64,000 nucleotides of DNA from Felis catus (lineage: Eukaryota), in contig NC_058368.1 in assembly GCF_018350175.1 (NCBI RefSeq), positions 21,206,001 to 21,270,000 on the forward strand, read 5' to 3'. Both the position numbers and the translations under genes were made by a program. Each line of letters opens with the position of its first letter. Position 1 is the stretch's first letter. The notes under the pieces are model-generated. The model ran no database searches. It was not told where the DNA came from and worked only from the letters and a program-made list of their open reading frames with translations. Below are positions 10,931 to 25,385 of the stretch, piece after piece.

Positions 10931-13175
10931 CATTGTCCATGAGTTCATCTTACAAATCAGTTCCTAGGTCTGCCAGATTCCAAGTGATGGGGCAGTGACC
11001 AATATGCTTACTTCCCCTCAGCGTGCTAACTCCCAAATGAGGCCTTGGCTCTCCACTTAGCTGTAGGATTAACAGTTGGATGTGACATGTTAACCCGCAA
11101 AGCATGATGTAGTGATGTGTTCTACACACACAGCACCCCTGGGATCATTTTCGCCAGGAAAAAGGACAGCATGTTCAGAAAGCATGAGTCACACAACGAA
11201 GCCCGCGGGGAAGAAATGCACAGGCATCAGGGCAGGGGGATCATCTCTGATGAGGTTTTGAAGGGGAGCAGACCCTGGAGGCTCATTAGCAGTGCGCACC
11301 ATTTAATACTTGTTTTTAGTTTGCCAGGTGTGGTTTTTTTTTGCCAACATCACCGTGTCATGTTGAGGGAGATAAAGACATTAAAGTCATGAGTTCACTC
11401 TAAGATCTGGAAAGAGGAAACAGGAGAAGCGAAACTCTATCTGTGGAGCTTCCCAATGGGGAAATAGACAATAGATGGATTTGGAAGAAGACAGACAGGA
11501 TTGGGGGCTAGCAGGGACAGACAAGAAGAAAACCCTGGTGCGTTTGGCTGGCGGCTTAGGGAATACTCCACAGGTAACCCCCAGGGCCACACGCTGCTCC
11601 CAGCTCCCTAATCAACCTTGGGGGGATTTCCAAAAATGGAGTGTCAGTGAGCGCCCCACCCCCACCCCGCCTCTTGCTCCCACAGCACTTACCCTGTGTC
11701 TGTAGCCTCGCTGCCCAGCAGGTTGTCGGTAATGTTTATTTTACCAATGAAGGCAGCAATTAATTCCAGCAGAGGGGAAGGGAGATGGGTAAAGTTCCAC
11801 GGAGGTTTCAGCCTATGAGCAGGATTTTTTTTTTTTTTAATCAAGATTTTTCCAGATGGGAAAACAAGAGGCAATGTGCTGCACACAGAAAAACCAGAGA
11901 GAGAGGACAAGGCTGGTATGAAAAAAGACAGATAATCTCAGAAGGGGACGGGGGCACTTGGTAACTGAGACAGAAAATGCAGTTTGGACAAGGGAAGTTT
12001 GAGGGACTCATAGACACCCAAGAGAAGATGCCCCCGATGGAGGGGCTGAAGGCAGGCATCTGGATGACCCACAGATAACATGCAGAGGAAGAAGGGATGA
12101 GGGCCAAGGTTGTGGCTCTGAGGACAGTAACATTTCAGAAGCAAGGAAGATAAAAGCATCAGAGACTAAGAAAGAACACACAGAGCAAGGTAACACAGAC
12201 GGGGCTGTGCTGGGAACACCAGGAGGAAATCGCTTCCGGAAATCAAGGAGCATGGGCAGTTGAGCTATCCTTTCAGATTGAGCCCACACAGCATGGGGAG
12301 TGGCTGTATTTTCAAATCACAGAGCCATTCCGTGGCTTTCGTTCCGTGGCTCTGCCCTGGGTCATCAGGGTCCCACCTAGCCCCTAGCAGCTTTCATAGA
12401 AACTGTGCAAATCCACTTTAGTACCAATGAATGGGCTTGTGTTCCAGGCTTACGGTGAAAGACATGAGGTTCTCAGAACTGGTGTCTTTTGGGGGGAGAA
12501 AAGAAAAAAAGAAAAAAAAGTAGGACCTTTTCTAATGCTTGATAAAGGAAATGCATGAGAATGTTCCCAGTGTTGGCCTGAGGTGATGGGTTGTTATTTT
12601 CCCATCAGTAAAGCCTGTGAAACAATCCCGGACTGTCCTTCCTTGAGGAGCAGAGGCTGCTGGCAGTGGTCGCCATCTGGGAGAGCAGGTGTGGTTGAAA
12701 AGCGATACTGACTGGCCTTGCCACGCACACACGTGCAGAGGCTGGGTGTTTATTTAAACGCTGCAGCTGCTGCTCCCGGATCCTGGGGCTGTTTGTGCCT
12801 AGCTGTTAGAATCCTGGGATTTTCTTAAATGGCTTAGCTCCACAAGACCTATCCCAATTCTGTGTGCTATATAATGTATATTTGTGTTTCTCCAAAGTGC
12901 TTGCATTTTGCAAATACTTGGCATGGCTGCAGAGATTTTGTAGATCTGCCTCAATCGCTTCTCAGAAACTTACTCAGAGGTCTCACCTAAAGTTATAACT
13001 TCAAATGGCTTGGCAGATCCATCCTGAATTCAGATTGAAGACTTGACAGATTGCCCTGCCAACTGGTACCTGAAATTCCTAAACACAAATCCTCTGAGCT
13101 CTGTCCTCTGGGAAAAAGAAACGACTGGGGCTTCTTCCAAAGAAACAGGAGAGCAATCTAGAAACCTTTGCCCAG

Positions 13176-13400
13176 GGGTGCCTGGGTGGCTCACTCGGTT
13201 GAGCATCTGACTTCGGCTCAGGTCATGATCTTGCGGTTCGTGAGTTTGAGCCCCGTGCTGGGATCTGTGCTGACAGCTTGGAGCCTGGGGCCTGCTTTAG
13301 ATTCTGCGTCTTTCTCTCTCTGTACCTCCTCCACTCATGAGCTCACTCTCTCTCTCTCTCTCAAAAATAAACATTTTTTAAACATTTTTTAATAAAATAA
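13176..13400 (+). mobile_element. Can-SINE (felid type)
   Basis: Head, body, CT tract and A tail; flanking repeat 'aaacctttg'. Confidence 0.95.
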
Positions 13401-13487
13401 AAACCTTTGTTCACCTACATAAAGAAAATATGAGATAAGAAAAACTGCCCATGCAATAACATAAAACTTTAGAAATTATAGCACCCT

Positions 13488-13710
13488 AGGGGCGCCTGCA
13501 TGGCTCAGTTGATTAAATGTCCAACTCTTGATTTTGGCTCAGGTCATGATCTCACAGTTCATGGGATCAAGCCCCATGTCGGGCTCTAAGTTGACAGGGC
13601 AGAGCATGCTTGGGATTCTCCCTCCCTCTCTCCCTGCCCCTCCAACATTCATTCTCTGTCTCTCTCTCTCTTTCTCTGGATAAACAAATAAACTTGAAAA
13701 AAAAAAAAGA
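13488..13710 (+). mobile_element. Can-SINE
   Basis: Head 'ggggcgcctgcatggctcag', CT tract and A tail. Confidence 0.95.
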
Positions 13711-16700
13711 AATAGAACTCTAGATTCCAATACAAAATTAAATAAACCTCCTTAATCCACAGCCAGCGGCCAGCATCTGGGCTGGTTCCGCTTCAGTGCT
13801 TCAGGCCCTAGGCCGAGTCTTACTTCCTGCACTGTCCTGAGACCATTTTGTTTTCCGTAATGCTTGCAGAAAACTACATTCATATAGACTTTTTGCCCCT
13901 GCCTGCTCCCAGCTGGTCCAGTTTGCTTGAGGGTTCAGAAAACTGTTACTTGTTGACAGACGGATTAACAGCCTTTCCTCACAGGAGCCACTGGAATCCA
14001 TGCCAGGGGGACTCAGGATCAGTTTCCATGAAATGAAGTCCCACCATGGCAGCCACTTCTTCCCACACCACTGCCACTCAATTGCCAAGTCAGCACCAGA
14101 CATGTGTCCTTTTTAGTCTTTTAATCAAGCCCCGAAGAAGCCCCTTGACAATTCCCAGGTCTTGTCTGTCCTTGAAAATTGGACTTTCACATATGGACTT
14201 TCTTCAGATGGATAAGTAAAGAGACATAAGCCCAGGCACCTGAAAATATTCTATCCTGACTGCTTCATCATTAGTAAAATTTTTCTGTAAGATAGAGCCA
14301 AAGACAAACCCTGGCAGCATTTTCACAGGAAGCAGTTGCATTGGCATAAGGCCATCAGTCAGTAATTTTTGGCTTCAGCCATCTAGCCAATTATGAATCT
14401 ACCTAATTGACTATCACATGGACCACAATGTTATCAAGACAGACCTTATCAAAGACTTGCTGATAGCCAAAGATACCATGTCTGTTGCATTTCTTTTTTA
14501 TTGCATGAGTTAATAATTCCCCACAAGAGATAAGGTTGGAGTGGAATGGCTTCTTTATCAACAATCCATGGTGATTACTGCTTCCTTTCCAAAATAGTCT
14601 TAGACTTTTTTTTTTCTTTAAGAAATCTGTCCCAGGAGAAAGAGGAAGGTAACATTTGATCTGAATCTTAAAAGAGAAACACAATGTTCATAGGCAGAAA
14701 CTGAGAAGAAAGGACATTTCAGGTTGAATGACAGAATGACCAAACCAGAGGAATGAAAGTGCATGGCTTTGAGTTAACCACCCCTTTGCTTCTATTTCAC
14801 GCCACAAAGCAAAGATGGAGACAGTGGCTTCTTAATGTATAACTATTGTTAATGTTTGCAAGGAGTTCTAGAACAAAAAGCAAGAGCACCGAGAGAATTT
14901 CATTTCTAAGCCATTGGCAACTTGTAATAACTGACATAAATTTTGTCTTTAAATTTACCCTTAGATGAATTTTAAGTATATAAAGAATTAGATATTAACC
15001 TAAGCCTTCCCTAAAATTGCTTCTTAAAGACACTAATAACTTTTTAATAACATTTAACTTAAAATTCCTTCTTTAAGATTATAGGCAGATAAATAAAGCC
15101 CTCTATAAGTTTTCCACTTGAGGAAGGAGTTCTCTCTACTAAGCTTTTTTTCTAAAGTGAGTTCATTTCCCAACTACTTGGTGACTACACTCAGAGATTT
15201 CACGAGAAAAACAATAGAAAACATCTGTGGAGTAACTGCAGGCTCTCCTTAGCTGACTAGGAGAAGCCATACCTCGTTTTCCTGGTGTCATCCCAGAGGT
15301 CAGAGGTCTTCTGTCAAGCACACGAAGCTGGAAATTTCCATATAATCTAAGAAAACACTCACCATTTCAGACAGTTTTTTCCATTATTTACGATACAGCC
15401 CATGTTGAGATGGAAATTTTCTGAGGTTAGCATGGTAAGCTTCATGTAAGCAAGGCACAGCTCATTGCTTGAGGAATGGGATTCTGGTGCTTCCTGAAGA
15501 GGCTTTTTTTAGCACAATCTTCCCCCTGACAGAGTTAAGCTACTTACAGATTCCTTAGATAAGATAACAAAGTAGACAGCAGAATGTAGACCCAATTCTA
15601 ATGCCTCAAGACAAAAATGACAGAAAATAGCAAACTAAACACCAAAAAAGCAAGGAACTTCTGAAAAGAAGACATTTGTCATTTACATCCTTCAGTTTTT
15701 CTGCCCCACTACAGACTAAAATGACAGTAAGCTAAACCCACTGAGTAAGTCATTAACCACAGAGCGGGGCAAGCATTGACAAAGTGAATGAACCAAACCC
15801 CAGATTTTACCTAAATTGCCAATGAATTTGAACCACAGTTTTTGAGTTTCCAGTAGTTGTACGTAGCTTCCTACATGGCTGTCATTTCTGAGCGTGTCTT
15901 CATTTTGGTTTTTCATCACAAGACAACAGGATATAATGATGGCAACTAAGACACTCTGGACAGGGAAGAGGGCTACGGGCAAGTTCAACTCCCCTTGAAC
16001 AGACTAGACTGTCTCCCCTCTAGACATCAGAAACCTCCTCTGATAAGCTTGCCCAGCAGAAGGTTGGGGCCAACCTTGTATTTCTTAGAGTCCTTTTGGC
16101 TCAAATTTTATAAAAAACAGGAAGTAAAAATCCTAGAAAAGTACCAAGTTCCTATTTTCACGAGATTTCTCAAGCTACTTTGCAGTTTCAAAACACCAAG
16201 CTGGTGCCTAAAACGGTGAGAACAGAGAAATTTTAAAGCTGTGAGAGATTGGAAATCATCTAGTCTAGAAATTACTCATAACAATAAAGAAGTAGAAGCC
16301 CTCAGAGGAGAAGTGACTAGTGAAGATCAATGAGCTGGTGGGGACCCTTGGTTCCCAATCTGGGGCTTTTTTTCTTTTATGCTGTGCTGCCTTCTTTGTG
16401 CATATTTAAGGTCAACAAGAGGCTAAAGTTGGAGTGGACAAATTCTCCCATCTGAATATTTCTTGAATCTCTTCTTTCTAGCCCACATCACACTACCTCC
16501 CACATTTCTTAAATATTGCCAAGAAAAGTAACATTTTCTTTCCGAACGGATTGCCCCGATGGAAATCTCATCGTCTCCAGTCCTCTTCTCTGCTATTTAG
16601 AGTAAATTATAATAATTAACTTGAATTTCCTAATGTGATGATTTCCCATATTTTATAAGTTTAAATTTTCCTGCATGGCCGGAAAGGCCCTTTATGATCT

Positions 16701-17059
16701 GACCGTGTGTAACGCTCCACCGTCCCCAGCATGCACACTGAGCTCCCGCTGAAGGCGCTCCTTGTACATCAAGGTTTCTGTTTCTCACCTGTTGTGTGCT
16801 GGTCCCCTCACCTGGAGGACCTTCTCCCTTTTTTTGACTGAGTTCTACTTCCTCCTCTTTCAAAATCTCGTTTGAAGAATACTTACCCCCATGACAAATA
16901 TCTACTGGGATCAAACTATTAGACAAACACAAAGTACCCACACAACGTGTTCAGAAATGCCGGATCAGCCACTGCCCCAGTTTTGCTGAAGTATGAGCAC
17001 CACGATAAAAATTCATCCAGATTTAAGCCACATAGACAAAATGTTATCTGACTAGTAAG

Positions 17060-17960
17060 ATAGGGAACGACCTTCTGAGCATAAAAGTAATAGAAATGAA
17101 GAAGAAAAATCCAAATCTACACAAAAATTAGAAACTTGTGTTGTTTGTAAAAAGATCTGGGAAATTTTGCATATGACAAAAGATTTGTATCCTTAATAAA
17201 TAAAAAAAAGTCTTACCAAACAATAAGAAAAGCACTAAAAACTGCAATAAAAAACGAGCAAAGAACATAAACTGAGATTTATGAAAGAAGGCAGATGGCT
17301 AATAAACACTTTAAAATCTTAATCCTGCTAGTGAACCAAAATAGCAAATTAAAAGATAATATTTTTTAACTACTTAATGAACAATGATCATACTGTATTC
17401 AGTGATGACAAGAGTAATCAGTAAGATAATCACTCTCATACATCACTTATGGGAACTAGATCTATATTTTCTATATGGAAAGCAATTTTGCAGCACATAT
17501 CAGAAGCCTTAAAATTTTATCCATTTGACTATGTTTTTCCTTCTCAAAATCTAGCCTAAGAAAATAGTCATAAATTGTAGAAATTTTTACCTCACAATAT
17601 TATTTATGTAGCAAAACAGTATATATCATTAGTGTCCACTAAAGGAGTAATTAAATAAATTATGATATAAATATAGAATATAATACAGTAAATAAAATTT
17701 CCTTTTAATATTATTTTAACATGATAAATGCTTATAATCCAATAAAAAATTAAAAACAAAATGAAAATTGTTTTGTGTTATGATCCAAATTATATTTTTA
17801 AATATGTATATGTCTAGAAAAAGATTGGGAAATATGTATCAAAACATTAACATTGATTATTTCTGGGGAATTTTAATTTTTTCCTTGTACTTTCCATGAT
17901 TTTACAAATTCTCTGTGATAACTTCACATTGCTTTTATAATCAGGCAAAGATGCTGGTTT
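17060..17960 (+). mobile_element. Degraded L1ME-like fragment
   Basis: A-rich, with L1 motifs 'cagatggctaataaacac', 'ggaaagcaattttgcagcacatatcagaagccttaaa' and 'cattgcttttataatcag'. Confidence 0.65.
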
Positions 17961-19951
17961 AAAAAAACAAACTATATGCATATATATATACATATATATA
18001 CAAATTTATATATATTAATATGTATACATACATATAAAGATGTCTCTATTTTATTTTATGTGTGTGTGTTTACAAATTAGTATAATCCACTTATAAACTA
18101 TACGATTAATCTTTTCTTACTAGGCTATTCCTTTTAATACCTAATGAAAGTATCTAAGGATCCTGATGTTCACAAGACATGGGGTATAGCAATGCCACCG
18201 TTGGTGAATCCATCACATGAAAAGAAAGTCTTCTCTAACAGCACCATAAACCTCTTCTTCACTTACAATTTTATAATGTCTTATGCAGTTATTTCATTAA
18301 CATCCTCCACTAGATTAAGAGTTCCAGGAGAGCAAAGGCTACCTACATGTTTGATAACTACAGCATGATCCAGGGCAAAGTATGCCTGGACACATATGAG
18401 GTACTCAATAAATTTTAATTGATTACGAAGAAGAGACAACAAATCAAGGCTATCTCAGGTCATGGGGGGGCCTCTACAAGAGTGAGACATTTGCCAGGAA
18501 TACCCTCAGCTATCTCACATCCGACTGCCCTGTCCTCTACTGCCACCCTTAGAAGGAATCCAACTTTTCTTCTCTTTTCTTCAAATTCATTCCCACTTCA
18601 AGACCTTTACACTTATTCCTTCTATGTATGTTATCTAACCAGAGCCACTAATACTCAGACATTAATTAACACTTGGCCAGACACAGCCAGGAGGTGTCTG
18701 AATCCATAAAGAGTCTCTTACTCTTCAGAACAAAACTCCAACTGGCAAAATGGTAAATCAGGTAGGGTCTTTGTCGACCTTCTAGCATCCCCTTTTTTTT
18801 CTCACAGCCAGCAAGACCACCTCTGATCTTCTTAAATGAGAGACAGACTGTCAGAGACTAAAATAGTCTCCACAGTGCTTACTACTCAGTCTCTGACCCC
18901 CAACCCAGACCCTCCCCCAGGCTTCCTCACCTATGAGAGAGGATAGGCAGGGTCCCAGTGAATGCAGTCACTGATGATTATAAGAGCATTAAGGATGGGA
19001 CCATATACTAGGAATAAGAAAGAAGAATGCTTTAGAAGCCTTGCTTGGGTTTCTCAACTCAACAATTCATTCAGGGTAAGCAAACAAGCCAAAAGGATAA
19101 TGAAGAAAAATGATGTTGCTTTACTGTCTCTGAGACTTATGAGGGAAGAATGGAATGATAAACATCTTTTTAACTAGTAAAACACTTTTTCTTGTTTATA
19201 AGGATTACATGATAAGAATAAATTTTACCACAAAGAGGAATGAATAAAGATTTTCCAAGGCATCTGATCATGCCTAACTTCCCTAAGCTTCCAAAGGGTG
19301 ATTAATTGATACTGTCTGGAAGTTACATTCATGAGAAGTAAATTATCCAAATTTTTATGAATCCCATATTGTTCTCAATTTCCAAAACACAAAACAACAA
19401 ACACAAAACACCACTGTTGCAAAATAGTCTTTTTACTAGAAGAGGTGCTAACTTAACCATTAAACAAATCTGGTTTTCAATTTGGCTCAGGCATTAGATA
19501 GCAATGTGACCTTGGCCAAGTGTCTATCATCTCTCCAATGGAGAATGATGGCAGCCACCTCAAAGGAATGTGGTTAGGATTAATCAAGAATGTCTCCTGC
19601 AGTTCCTAATACAGCAGACAATAAAGGGTCCATATCCGGATCTGAGTAAAAATAAAGTCATTTAGCCCAACATTTATCAACAGATACTCCCTTAAGTGCC
19701 TTGAATTTAGATAGTACCCTTTTCTTGAGTGTGAATTTCCAGTGGATATTCTTGCTTGCACCAACATCTCATTTCACTTGAACTTTGCCTGAGAAATAGC
19801 CAAGGCACTTACAATTATCCCCATTTTGAAGTTGAGAAATTAAACCTCACACAAGTTACATGAATTGGTGTATACCCGTTACCCTGCTAAAAAGCCAAAG
19901 AAAGTGAAAATTCCAGATTCTGAGTATTCTAAGTACTTTACCTTTTTAAAA

Positions 19952-22900
19952 CATTTTTATTTATGTTAGTTAACACACAGTGTTATATTTGTAACAGGTG
20001 TATAATATGGTGATTTGACAATTCCATACATCACCAGTGTTCATCATGACAACTTCACTCCTTAATCCCCATCACCTATTTAACCCATTCCCACCTCCCT
20101 ACCTCCCCACCCCCAGTTACATCAGTTTATTCTCTATAGTTAAGAATCTATGTCTTGGTTTGTCTCTCTCTTTTTTTCCCTTTGCTCATTTGTTTTGTTT
20201 CTCAAATTTCACATATGAGTAAAATCATATGGTATTTGTCTTTCTCTGACTGACTTATTTCACTTAGCTTTATACTCTCTGGCTCCATCCATGTTGTCAC
20301 AAATGGGAAAATTTTGTTCTTTTATGGCTGAATAATATTCCATTGTGTATACATACCACATTTTCTTTATCCATTCAGCAATCAGTGGATACTTGGGCTG
20401 CTTCCATATCTTAGCTATTGTAAATAATGCTGCTATGAACATCGGGGTGCATGTATCCCTTTGAATTAGTGTTCTTATATTCTTTAGGTAAATAACCAGT
20501 ACTGTGACTTCTAGATCATAAAGTAGTTCTATGTTTAACTTTTTGAGGAACCTCCATACTGTTTTCCACAGTGGCTGCACTGGCTTGCATTCCCACCAAC
20601 AGTGCACAAGTGTTCCCTTTTCCCCACATCCTCAAAACTGTTGTTTCTTGTGTTGTTGATTTTAGCCATTCTGACTGGTGTGAAGTGATACTGTGTTTTT
20701 ATTTGAATTTCCCTGATGGTAAGTGATGATGAGCATCTTTCATGTGTCTGTTGGCCATCTGTATGTCTTATATGGAGAAATATCAGCTCACGTCTTCTGC
20801 CCACTTTTAACTGGATTATTTATTTTTAGGTGTTGAGGTTTTTAAGTTCTTTATATATTTTGGATACTAACCCTTTACTGGATATGTCATTTGCAAATAT
20901 CTTCTCCCATTCAGTAGGTTGCCTTTTAGTTTTGTTGGTTGTTTCCTTCACTGTGCAGAAGCTTTCCATTTTGATGTAGTCCCAATAGTTTATTTTTGCT
21001 TTTGTTTCCCTTGTTTCATAACACATAGAAAAAAGTTTCTATGGAAAATCTCAAAGAAGTTACTGCCTGTGTTCACTTCTAGGACTTTTGTGGTTTCAGG
21101 ACTCACATTTGGTCTTAAACTATCACTATTTGCAGATGACATGATATTATATATAGAAAACCCAAAAGACTCATCCAAAAAACTGCTAGAACTGATCAAC
21201 AAATTCAGTAAAGTCATAGGATACAAAATCAATGTACAGAAAACTGTTGCATTTCTATACACCAATAATGAAGCAGCAGAAGTAAATATTAAGAAAATAG
21301 TCCCATTTACAATCACTTACAAAATCATAAGATACCTAGGAATAAACCTAACCAAAGAGGTGAAAGGCCTACAGTCTGGAAACTATAAAACACTGATGAA
21401 AGAAATTGATGACACAAAAAAATGGAAAGACATTCTATGCTCATAGTTTGGAAGAACAAATATTGTTAAAATGTCTATACTTCCCAAAGCAAGCTACACA
21501 TTTAATGAAATCCCTATAAAAATAAAAACAGCATTTTTCACAAAACTAGAACAAACAATCTTAAACTCCTAAATGACCCCAAATAACCAAAGCAATCTTG
21601 AAAAAGAAAAACAAAGCTGGAGGCATCACAATTCTGGACTTCAAGTTGTATTACAAAGCTGTAGTAGTCAAAACAGTATGGTACAAGCACAAAAATAGAC
21701 ACACAGATCAATGTAACAGAATAGAAAACCCAGAAATAAACCTACAACTATATGGTCAATTAATCCTTGACAAAGCTGGAAAGAATATCCAATGGGAAAA
21801 GGATAGTTGCTTCAACAAATGGTTTTGGGAAAACTGGTCAGCTACGTGCAAAAAAATGAAACTGGACACTTCATACACCGTACACAAAAACAAATTCAAA
21901 ATGGATTAAAGACTTAAGTATAAAACCATAAACCATAAACTTATATGGCATACAATTTTCATAATATTCTAATTGTTTGTATTTCTGTGGTGTTAGTTGT
22001 TATTTCTCCTCTCTATTTGTGATTTTATTTATTTGAGTCCTTTCTCCTTTTCCCTTGATAAGTCTGGCTAGAGATTTATAGATTTTGTTGAGTTTTTCAA
22101 AGAACTATCTCCTGGTTTCATTGAGCTGTTCTATTCTTTTGGTTTCTAAATCATTTATTTCTACTCTGATCTTTAATATTTCCTACCTTCTGCTGGCTTT
22201 AGATTTTGTTTGTTGTTCTTTTTCTAGCTCCTGTAAGTATAAGGTTAGGTTATTTGACATTTTTCTTGCTTCATGACGTAGGCCTGTACAGCTATAAACT
22301 CCCCTCTTACGACTGCTTTTGCTGCATCCCAGAAGTTTTGGACCATTGTATTTTCATTTTCATTTGTTTCTATGTACTTTTTTATTTTTTCTTTTTTATT
22401 TCTTTTTTATTTCCTGGTTAACCTATTCATTGTTTAGTAGCATGTCCTTTAACCTCCATGTATTTGTGCTCTTTCCAGATTTTTTCTTGTGCTGATTTCT
22501 AGTTTTCTAGTATTGCAGTCAGAAAAGATGCATGGTATGACTTCAACCTTTTTAAATTTGTTGAGGCTTGTTTTGTGACCTAATATGTCATCCAGTCTGG
22601 AGAATGTTCTGTGTGCACTTGAAAAGAATGTATATTCCACTGTTTTAGGATGGAATGTTCTGAATATATCTGTTAAATTCATCTGTTCTAATGTATCGTT
22701 CAAAACCATGGTTGTTGATTTTCTGTTTAGACAATCTGTCCACTGATGTAAATGGAGTGTTAAAGTCCCCTACTATTATTATATTACTATCAACTAGTTA
22801 TTGTATTTTTATTATTAACTGTTTTATGTATTTGTGTGCTTTCATGTTGGTTGTATATTTATAATTGTTACGTCTTCTTGTTGGATTGTCCCCTTTATTA

Positions 22901-24910
22901 TTATATAGTGCCCTTGTTCTGCCTCTTGTTATAGTCTTTCTGGTAAAGTCTATTTTGTCCTATATAAGTATTGCTACTCTGGCTTTCTTTTGACATCCAT
23001 TTGCATGATAGATATTTCTCCATCCTCTTGCTTTCAACCTGCAGATGTCTTTAGGTCTAAAATGAGTCTCTTAAAGACATCATATAGATGTGTCTTGGGT
23101 TTTTTTTTAATCCATTCTATCACCCTATGTCTTTTGATTGGAGCATTTAGTCCGTTTACATTCATAGTAATTATTGATATATAAGTATTTATTGTCATTT
23201 TGTTATTTGTTTTGTGGTTGTTTCTGGAGATTTTCTCTGATCCTTTCTTGTTTTTATGTCATGGTTTGCTGATCTTCTTTAGTGATATATTTAGATTTCT
23301 TTCTCTTTATTCTTTGCATATTTATTAGTGGTTTTTAATGTATGGTACCATTAGGTTTGTATATAACGTCTTCTGCATATGGCAGTCTATATTAAGTTGA
23401 TGGTTGTTTAAGTTTGAATTCAGTCTTCACTCTTCTCCTCCCCATGTTTTAGGTATATGTTGTCATATTTTACATTCTTTTATTTTGTGAGTTCTTTGAT
23501 TGATTTTTTTAAGAAATATTCATTTTTACTACTTTTGTGTTTCCTATCTTCATACTGTCTCTTTTGGTCTCTCCTTTCCATTCACAGTCCCCTTTAAAAT
23601 TTCTTGCAAGGCTTGTTTAGTGGTCATGAATTCCATTAAGTTTTTGTCTGTCTAGGAAACTCTTTAGCTCTCCTTCTATTCTGAATGATAAGCCTTGCTG
23701 TATATTCTTGGTTGCAGATTTTTTTTTCCTTTCAGAACTTTTTTGAATATATCATGCCACTCCCATCTGTCTTGGAATGTTGCTGCTGAAAAGTCCCCTG
23801 CTAGCCTTATGGGGTTTCCCTTGTAAGTTACTGTCTTCTTTGGTCTTGCTGCTTTTAAGACCTTTCTTTATCACTGTATTTTGCAGATTTAATTACAATA
23901 TGTCTTGGTGTGGATCTGCTTTTTTAAATTTTGTTGGGGGTTCTCTGTGCTCCCTGGGTCTGGATATCTGTTTCCTTCCACATATCAGGGAAGTTTTCAG
24001 CTATTATTTCTTCAAATTAATTTTTGCTCCCTTTTCTCTCTCTTCTTCTTCTGGGACTCCTATAACACAAATGTTATTATTTTGAATGGAGTCACTGAGT
24101 TCCCTAAGTCTATTCTTGTTTTGCATAATTCTTTTTTCTCTCTTTCATACATTTTGATTACCTTCCATACTTTGTCTTCCAGGTCACTAATCCCTTTCTC
24201 TGCTTTCTCCAGCCTGCTGTTCATTCCATCAATCATGTTACTCATTTTGTTTCTTGAACTGAGGCTCTGCAAAACTCCCCAGTTGGGAGATGTGATGTGA
24301 GCAGGGATTTGGGCCCATCTGCTGGGATAGGCAGCTTGCTGCACTGAGACTTAGGCAAGGGAGGCTTGGAAGGGCAGTTCCACTGAAGCATGGGGCTTCA
24401 GGGCTTGGTATAAGCAAGTTAGGTAGCCAGTGTTGGTGCTACACTAACTCCCACAGGTGGCCCTGTGCTTACACTGAGGGGTAGGTGCCGGTTGGGGGGG
24501 GGGGGGGGTGGGAATGGTGCCAGTCAGCTCCTTTGTTCCTGGAGGGGTCTCTCTGTGGACACTGTCTCTCTGGGATGTGCCCTGAGACGAGTCAATAATC
24601 TCTCCACTGTGTGCCCCAGGTGCTCTTCAGATCATTGTTTCCATACCATATGTCCACGGGTTGTTTGCCTGTCTTCTCTTCAAGAGAAGCACAGTGCCCT
24701 CCAGGCTCAATCACAGACAAGCCTCCTGACCTTTAAAACCCCAGGATTTAAGGGGCTCCTGGGTGGCTCAGTCGGTTGGACGTCCGACTTCAACTCAGGT
24801 CATGATCTCTCCGTTCATGGTTTCGAGCCCCACGTCAGGATCTGTGCTGACAGCTTAGAGTCTGGAGCCTGCTTCCAATTCTGTGTCTCCCTCTCTCTGC
24901 CCCTCCCCCG

Positions 24911-24956
<46 letters not shown>

Positions 24957-25385
24957 GCCTCTCTCTTTCAAAAATGAATAAAAATGTTAAAAAAAAATTA
25001 AACTCCAGGCTTTAAGCCCCAGTGGTTGCCAAAAGTCATGAAAATTGTCCCTTCTCACTTTCCAAGTCAACTCCTACAGGGATTCATTTTCTCCATGTGC
25101 TCCCCTGTGTGCTAGCCTCTTTCTCAACCTTCTCTGCAACCATGGCTCCCTCCCCACCACAGTGGCCATGATCCATTTCTCCTCTAAACCATGTCTCCAC
25201 ATCTCCTACCTTCTTCAGTGTGACTTCTTCACTACCTTTATTGTGGATTGTTCTGCCAATCTTCAGGTTAATTTCTGGGGTATTTAGGATGATTTGATAG
25301 TTACCAAGTAACTATCAAAGTCATGGCATGAAGTGAGCCTAGGGTTCTTCCATTCCACTGCCATCAGACTGACCAAGTCAACTAG
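19952..25385 (-). mobile_element. Rearranged carnivore LINE-1: both ends present, internal deletions, inverted ORF2 segment at 21117-21930
   Basis: 3' UTR and ORF2 C-terminus (CWWEC..LWKTVW; 19952-21116, minus). RT segment [27 protein letters not shown] (plus). Endonuclease (LTDIFRTFHP..FSRLDDILGHK) and ORF1 coiled-coil pieces (minus). 5' UTR 24260-25385. Frameshifted, non-functional. Confidence 0.92.
24752..24998 (+). mobile_element. Can-SINE inside the L1 5' UTR
   Basis: Typical body; degenerate TSD ttaaa..ccagg[a/c]tttaa. Confidence 0.95.

Noticed and set aside
20919..21446. 175 aa ORF containing the FADD motif
   Set aside because: Chimera of antisense and sense L1 across the inversion junction; not a gene or an active RT.
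24465..24977. 170 aa ORF
   Set aside because: Antisense L1 5' UTR running into a SINE.
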